Assembly (NCBI GenBank): GCA_039809905.1
Contig: JBDHVY010000001.1
Span: 930,001 to 962,000, forward strand
Reading direction: 5' to 3'
Length of the DNA: 32,000 nucleotides
DNA from: Candidatus Babelota bacterium
Lineage (GTDB): Bacteria > Babelota > Babeliae > Babelales > Vermiphilaceae
The notes beneath the pieces are model-generated. The model was not told the DNA's origin, did not search any database, and worked only from the letters and a program-made list of their open reading frames with translations. Made by a program: the position numbers and the translations under genes. Positions 27,897 through 32,000 of this stretch are shown here, piece by piece. How positions within the stretch are numbered: position 1 is the first letter of the stretch; every line of letters begins with the position of its first letter.

Positions 27897-29840
27897 ATGA
27901 AAAAGCATTTCTATGTAACAACACCAATTTATTATGTTACTGCCAAGCCGCATCTTGGTTCTTTATATTCTACGTTGTTAGCCGATGTTATTGCACGATG
28001 GAATAAGTTACAAGGAAAAGATGTTTTCTTTTTAACTGGTACTGATGAACATGGTCAAAAAATAGCCCAAGCGGCAGAAAAAGCACAAAAATCACCAAAA
28101 GATTTTATTGATAGCTTTGTTCCTGATTTTAAAAAAGCATGGCAATTGTATGATATCAATTACAATTTATTTATGCGTACCACCGATGCATATCATATCA
28201 AAGGTGCACAACATTTTGTCAGCGTTTTGATGGATAAAGGATATATTTATAAATCTTTGTATAAAGGGTGGTATTGTACTTCTTGCGAAACTTTTGCAGC
28301 TGAAATTACTGATGAAAATGATACAATAAAAGGACCACAATGTCCTTCCTGTGGTAGAGATACTCATATTATTTCAGAAGAAAGTTATTTCTTTAAACTT
28401 TCTGCTTTTACGGATAAATTGCTTGCATTTTATAAAGATAATCCCGATTTTATTGTACCAAAAGAACGCATGCATGAAGTTACCAGTTTTGTTGAATCTG
28501 GATTGAAAGATTTAAGTATTTCTCGAACAACAGTTGTATGGGGCGTGCCTTTTCCAAACGATCCATTACATACGGTGTATGTGTGGGTTGAGGCATTATC
28601 AAATTACATAACTGGTGTTGGATATGGTCAACCAGATAGACAACATGAATTTGCACAATGGTGGCCTGCAGATGTGCAAGTTTTGGGTAAAGATATTGTA
28701 CGGTTTCATGCTGTGTATTGGCCAGCGCTTTTGATGGCAGCTGATTTGCCGCTTCCGAAAAGATTATTAGTGCATGGTTGGATTAAAGTTGATAAACAAA
28801 AGATGTCAAAATCATTGGGCAATGTTATTGATCCTGTTGAATTACAAAAAAAATATGGAACAGATCCGATTAGATATTATTTAATGCGACAAATTCCAAT
28901 CAATCAAGATGGCGATTTTAGCATTACTGATGTTGAAAATCGCATTGAATCTGATTTGGCTAATGATTTAGGTAATTTGCTGAATCGTATGGTTGCATTA
29001 GCTGAAAAATATAATGTAATGGAAATCATGCCACGAAAAGAATGGTCAACACAAGCAGATGCTCTGAATGCGCAAGCTCTTATGTGTGTTGAAGAATATA
29101 GCAAACAAATGAATAATAATATGTTCCATTTAGCGCTTTCCAGCATGTGGAAATTTATTCATGCAGTTAATGCATCTTTCCACGAACAAGAGCCATGGAA
29201 AATTGCCAAAACTGATCAACAATTGTTTGTGAATATACTTTCTGATACCTGTCACAGTTTATATATGACTGCCATATTGTTGTGGCCGATAATGCCACAT
29301 AAAATGGAAGAACTTTTGACGAGCCTTGGAATACAATTCAAACGTGAAGAACATGTGTTTAGCGATGTACATAATTTAAATACATGGAACAAAACATTTA
29401 GATTAAAGAAAAATCCAACATTATTTGAAAAACCAGTAAGAGAAGTGATAGAGGAAACACCAATGAAAATAGAAGAAACTGAAAAAGCGAATGTTGAGCA
29501 GCAACAACAAAATTATATCACTATCGATGATGTAGCAAAAGTTGAATTGCATACAGGAACAATTGAGGCATGTGTTGCCGTTGAAAGCTCAGATAAATTA
29601 GTTCAGATGACAGTTGATCTTGGCGATATGGGAAAACGAACTATTTTGGCTGGAATTAGAAAATCATACCAACCTGAAGAATTAGTTGGTAAACGCGGAT
29701 TATTTATCACTAATTTAAAACCGCGCAAAATGGCTGGAACTGAATCACAAGGAATGATGCTTGTTGCAGAAGATGAAACAGGTAAAGTGCAATTGGTGCA
29801 ATTTCCTGATGTCGTTAAAAATGGTGTGCGGTTGCGATAA
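27897..29840 (+). CDS. metG: Methionyl-tRNA synthetase with C-terminal tRNA-binding domain
   Basis: YVTTPIYYVTAKPHLGSLYSTLLADVIARW, TGTDEHGQK, zinc-type CTSC...CPSC, KMSKSLGN, and C-terminal Trbp111/EMAP-like domain VAKVELHTGTIEACVAVESSDKLVQMTVDLG. Confidence 0.97.
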   Translation: MKKHFYVTTPIYYVTAKPHLGSLYSTLLADVIARWNKLQGKDVFFLTGTDEHGQKIAQAAEKAQKSPKDFIDSFVPDFKKAWQLYDINYNLFMRTTDAYHIKGAQHFVSVLMDKGYIYKSLYKGWYCTSCETFAAEITDENDTIKGPQCPSCGRDTHIISEESYFFKLSAFTDKLLAFYKDNPDFIVPKERMHEVTSFVESGLKDLSISRTTVVWGVPFPNDPLHTVYVWVEALSNYITGVGYGQPDRQHEFAQWWPADVQVLGKDIVRFHAVYWPALLMAADLPLPKRLLVHGWIKVDKQKMSKSLGNVIDPVELQKKYGTDPIRYYLMRQIPINQDGDFSITDVENRIESDLANDLGNLLNRMVALAEKYNVMEIMPRKEWSTQADALNAQALMCVEEYSKQMNNNMFHLALSSMWKFIHAVNASFHEQEPWKIAKTDQQLFVNILSDTCHSLYMTAILLWPIMPHKMEELLTSLGIQFKREEHVFSDVHNLNTWNKTFRLKKNPTLFEKPVREVIEETPMKIEETEKANVEQQQQNYITIDDVAKVELHTGTIEACVAVESSDKLVQMTVDLGDMGKRTILAGIRKSYQPEELVGKRGLFITNLKPRKMAGTESQGMMLVAEDETGKVQLVQFPDVVKNGVRLR

Positions 29841-29860
29841 AATCTCTAAATGAGATACAA

Positions 29861-29898
29861 AAAAAGAGCGATAGTGTTTTTTGCTATCGCTCTTTTTT
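29861..29898. terminator. Bidirectional terminator between convergent metG and the 29916 gene
   Basis: AAAAAGAGCGATAG/CTATCGCTCTTTTTT, perfect 14-bp stem with A/T tracts on both sides. Confidence 0.9.
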
Positions 29899-29915
29899 CA
29901 CTTATTTAAATATTT

Positions 29916-30995
29916 TTATGCTCTTCTGCAATAAATATCACCGATAGGTGCTTGTTGAATGTAGTTGTCCATTGTTCTCACGCCATTCAGAAGACCCATG
30001 CCGCCACCTAGCGTAATGCCACAACATATAGCAGCAGGATTTACTGATAAATTATTAACGTTAAGTATGGCACCTGGTGCAAATTCTTTTGCCAAGTCTA
30101 TTCCGAGATCTATACCTGCAGCGATAAAATCATCCTTTAATGTTCTACCTGCTTGGTTGGCAACATCGGTAAAAAATGTATTTTCAGGAAAAAGTTCGGG
30201 ATGACAATGCATACCAACTTGATTATAATCTGTAGCGTTTATTTGAGTGTTAGCATATTCCAAACCACTATCAATAGCTTTTGTGCCACTTTGAGTAATT
30301 ACTTCGAAACTTTTTTTAGCTGCTTGCGCCGCAATGCTTGCTTTATTTTCCCAAAGCTTATTTTTAGTTGCCTCTAGTGCATTTTCTGAACTATCTTTAC
30401 CTAAAGATATAATAGCAGCACTTGTTCCGCCAACAATAGCGCCTTTAAGAGTATGTGCTGCTAAATGTTCTATTTGTTGTTCAGGAGATTTTTCAAGTTT
30501 TACCGTAACATGAGACAATGAAAGTCTAACTGCCAGAGGCATATCAGAACCAATTTGTCGCCATGTTTGCGCTGAAACAGAAAGAGTATTTTTATCATGA
30601 CTTGCTATTAAACCATTGTATATTTTCTCTGCGGCTTCTTTTTGTGCGTGAGGCATATTATAAAATATGCTTACGGGCAATGGAGCACCAGCTTCTTGAG
30701 ATTTCTGAGTCAATTCTTGTGCTTTTTTAAAGTCGGCAATTGCATAAACAGGATTCTGTGCAGTATTACTATAGGTAGCATTGAGCAATACGCCCTCGAT
30801 TTGTGTATTAGCAGTTTTGATAGATTGTGAAATCGGTGTAGCATACGCAAGTTTGGGATCCCTATTAAGGTTCCTATTGATCTTGCTTAATTCTTTTTGT
30901 GTAGTTTTGAGTTGTTGTTTATTAAACTGAGAACCATGTACTAAACATGAAATCATGATGCCGCTAATGGCGAAAAATAATCTTACTATTTTCAT
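29916..30995 (-). CDS. Exported protein with small-residue/hydrophobic stretches, unknown function
   Basis: N-terminal signal MKIVRLFFAISGIMISCLVHGS; GGAG ribosome-binding site; segments LKGAIVGGTSAAIISLG and AAICCGITLGGGMGLLNGV. Confidence 0.7.
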   Translation of the reverse strand: MKIVRLFFAISGIMISCLVHGSQFNKQQLKTTQKELSKINRNLNRDPKLAYATPISQSIKTANTQIEGVLLNATYSNTAQNPVYAIADFKKAQELTQKSQEAGAPLPVSIFYNMPHAQKEAAEKIYNGLIASHDKNTLSVSAQTWRQIGSDMPLAVRLSLSHVTVKLEKSPEQQIEHLAAHTLKGAIVGGTSAAIISLGKDSSENALEATKNKLWENKASIAAQAAKKSFEVITQSGTKAIDSGLEYANTQINATDYNQVGMHCHPELFPENTFFTDVANQAGRTLKDDFIAAGIDLGIDLAKEFAPGAILNVNNLSVNPAAICCGITLGGGMGLLNGVRTMDNYIQQAPIGDIYCRRA

Positions 30996-31018
30996 AATAA
31001 TGCTCCAAAGTAATATTT

Positions 31019-31444
31019 TTATTCTGTTATTGTTCTATCTTTTATTGAAGGTACTTTGATAACTTGTTCTAGGTACAATGCCTCAAAATTGGTTTTGTTT
31101 CCGGGAGCTGGATAAGTCGTTGTTCCAGGTACAGGACTATTATATATACGATGTTTATGGTCAAGAAATGCTTCTACTGCGCCATATGCTAGACCACCGC
31201 CAAGACCCATTACGCCTGATACATAAAATAAAGAAGTATCTTCCTTAGAAAAATCTCTGCCAGAGCAGTGAATTTTTAAACCGGCTAAGATCAATCCGGC
31301 GCAACCGCCTAAACAGCCTTTTTTTACTATTTTTCCTGCGATCTCTGTACCAGATGGCTGTTGAAGAGAGTGATTTTCACAGCCAATTGCTTGAAATACG
31401 CTGAATATGCTTAAAACTACTGCAAGAATATTTTTATTAGACAT
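31019..31444 (-). CDS. Small exported glycine-rich protein, possible lipoprotein
   Basis: MSNKNILAVVLSIFSVFQAIGC lipobox-like N-terminus; glycine-zipper-like GCLGGCAGLILAGLK and GVMGLGGGLAYGAVEAFL. Confidence 0.6.
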   Translation of the reverse strand: MSNKNILAVVLSIFSVFQAIGCENHSLQQPSGTEIAGKIVKKGCLGGCAGLILAGLKIHCSGRDFSKEDTSLFYVSGVMGLGGGLAYGAVEAFLDHKHRIYNSPVPGTTTYPAPGNKTNFEALYLEQVIKVPSIKDRTITE

Positions 31445-31659
31445 ATAGCATCCTTGTTTTTTATAGGTAAATCGAGTCTAGTAGCTTATATAATATAGTT
31501 TATATAAAAAAATATTTATGTCAATGTGAATTATTTTTAATAAGAATAGGCTGAGAGTGCTATAAAGCCGTGCCTATTAGATGATTGCTTTTTGTATGAT
31601 TCCAATTATATAGTTTGCTTATATGTTGTGCTTTTAAATGGAAGTCAAAGGATACAAGA

Positions 31660-32000
31660 ATGAAGTATGTAACCTGTTTAGTATTGCTTAGTATATTCTG
31701 TGCAGTAGACATTATAGCAAAAAAAAGCAATATACCAGCAGCTGAGGACCATGCATCAGAGAGTTTTTTTAAACGAATATTTGTAAAAGAAAAAAGAACG
31801 CTGTCTGTGGATAAAAAATGCAAAAATTTGATATGTCTTTTTGATCCTGAATATCAAGAAACCATAATAGATGAAGGAGGAGCTTTGGCATTTGAACTCA
31901 TGGATGCTCTTAATGAAAAGATAGCCCCTATTATTGTAACGCCAAATATTCTCGAAAACTTTTGTTATGGAAAAATCCATCGTTGGAAAAATATTAAAAA
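31660..32000 (+). CDS. Exported protein of unknown function, truncated by window end
   Basis: Open ORF to the edge, absent from the supplied track: MKYVTCLVLLSIFCAVDIIAKKSNIPAAEDHASESFFKRIFVKEKRTLSVDKKCKNLICLFDPEYQETIIDEGGALAFELMDALNEKIAPIIVTPNILENFCYGKIHRWKNIK. Confidence 0.6.
   Translation, partial: MKYVTCLVLLSIFCAVDIIAKKSNIPAAEDHASESFFKRIFVKEKRTLSVDKKCKNLICLFDPEYQETIIDEGGALAFELMDALNEKIAPIIVTPNILENFCYGKIHRWKNIK

Noticed and set aside
31560-31980. Minus-strand ORFs 31560-31823 and 31756-31980
   Set aside because: They overlap each other and oppose the signal-peptide-bearing plus-strand ORF starting at 31660, which looks more protein-like.
1-32000. CRISPR array, transposase/integrase, rRNA or tRNA genes
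   Set aside because: Reading the intergenic gaps by eye, I saw no regularly spaced direct repeats, no transposase-like ORFs, and no tRNA-like T-loop/acceptor patterns. A tRNAscan/Infernal run would be needed for a firm negative.

Overview
AT-rich, gene-dense window whose gene content suggests an intracellular or host-associated Gram-negative-type bacterium. A Dependentiae/TM6-like lineage is my inference, not demonstrated. Recognisable genes: gltX (-), an acylphosphatase-like small protein, a secreted pentapeptide-repeat protein (-), an Omp85/BamA-type protein, a potABCD polyamine ABC transporter operon with 4-nt ORF overlaps, an EamA/DMT transporter, a secreted ankyrin-like protein and metG. 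Between them are lineage-specific secreted proteins: (i) a run of four small exported helical proteins (6464-8796), at least two of them paralogous; (ii) two large paralogous secreted proteins (13577-15394 and 15801-17633, -) separated by an unlisted, frameshifted remnant of a third paralog (about 15442-15811); (iii) a probable envelope operon (18135-25358) encoding a 1446-aa exported repeat-like protein, a predicted outer-membrane beta-barrel protein and a 304-aa protein with about 26 cysteines; (iv) a minus-strand pair of small-residue/glycine-rich exported proteins near the right edge. The clearest candidates for something undescribed are the Cys-rich envelope cluster and the duplicating/decaying paralog array. 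I found no CRISPR array, transposase, rRNA or tRNA.
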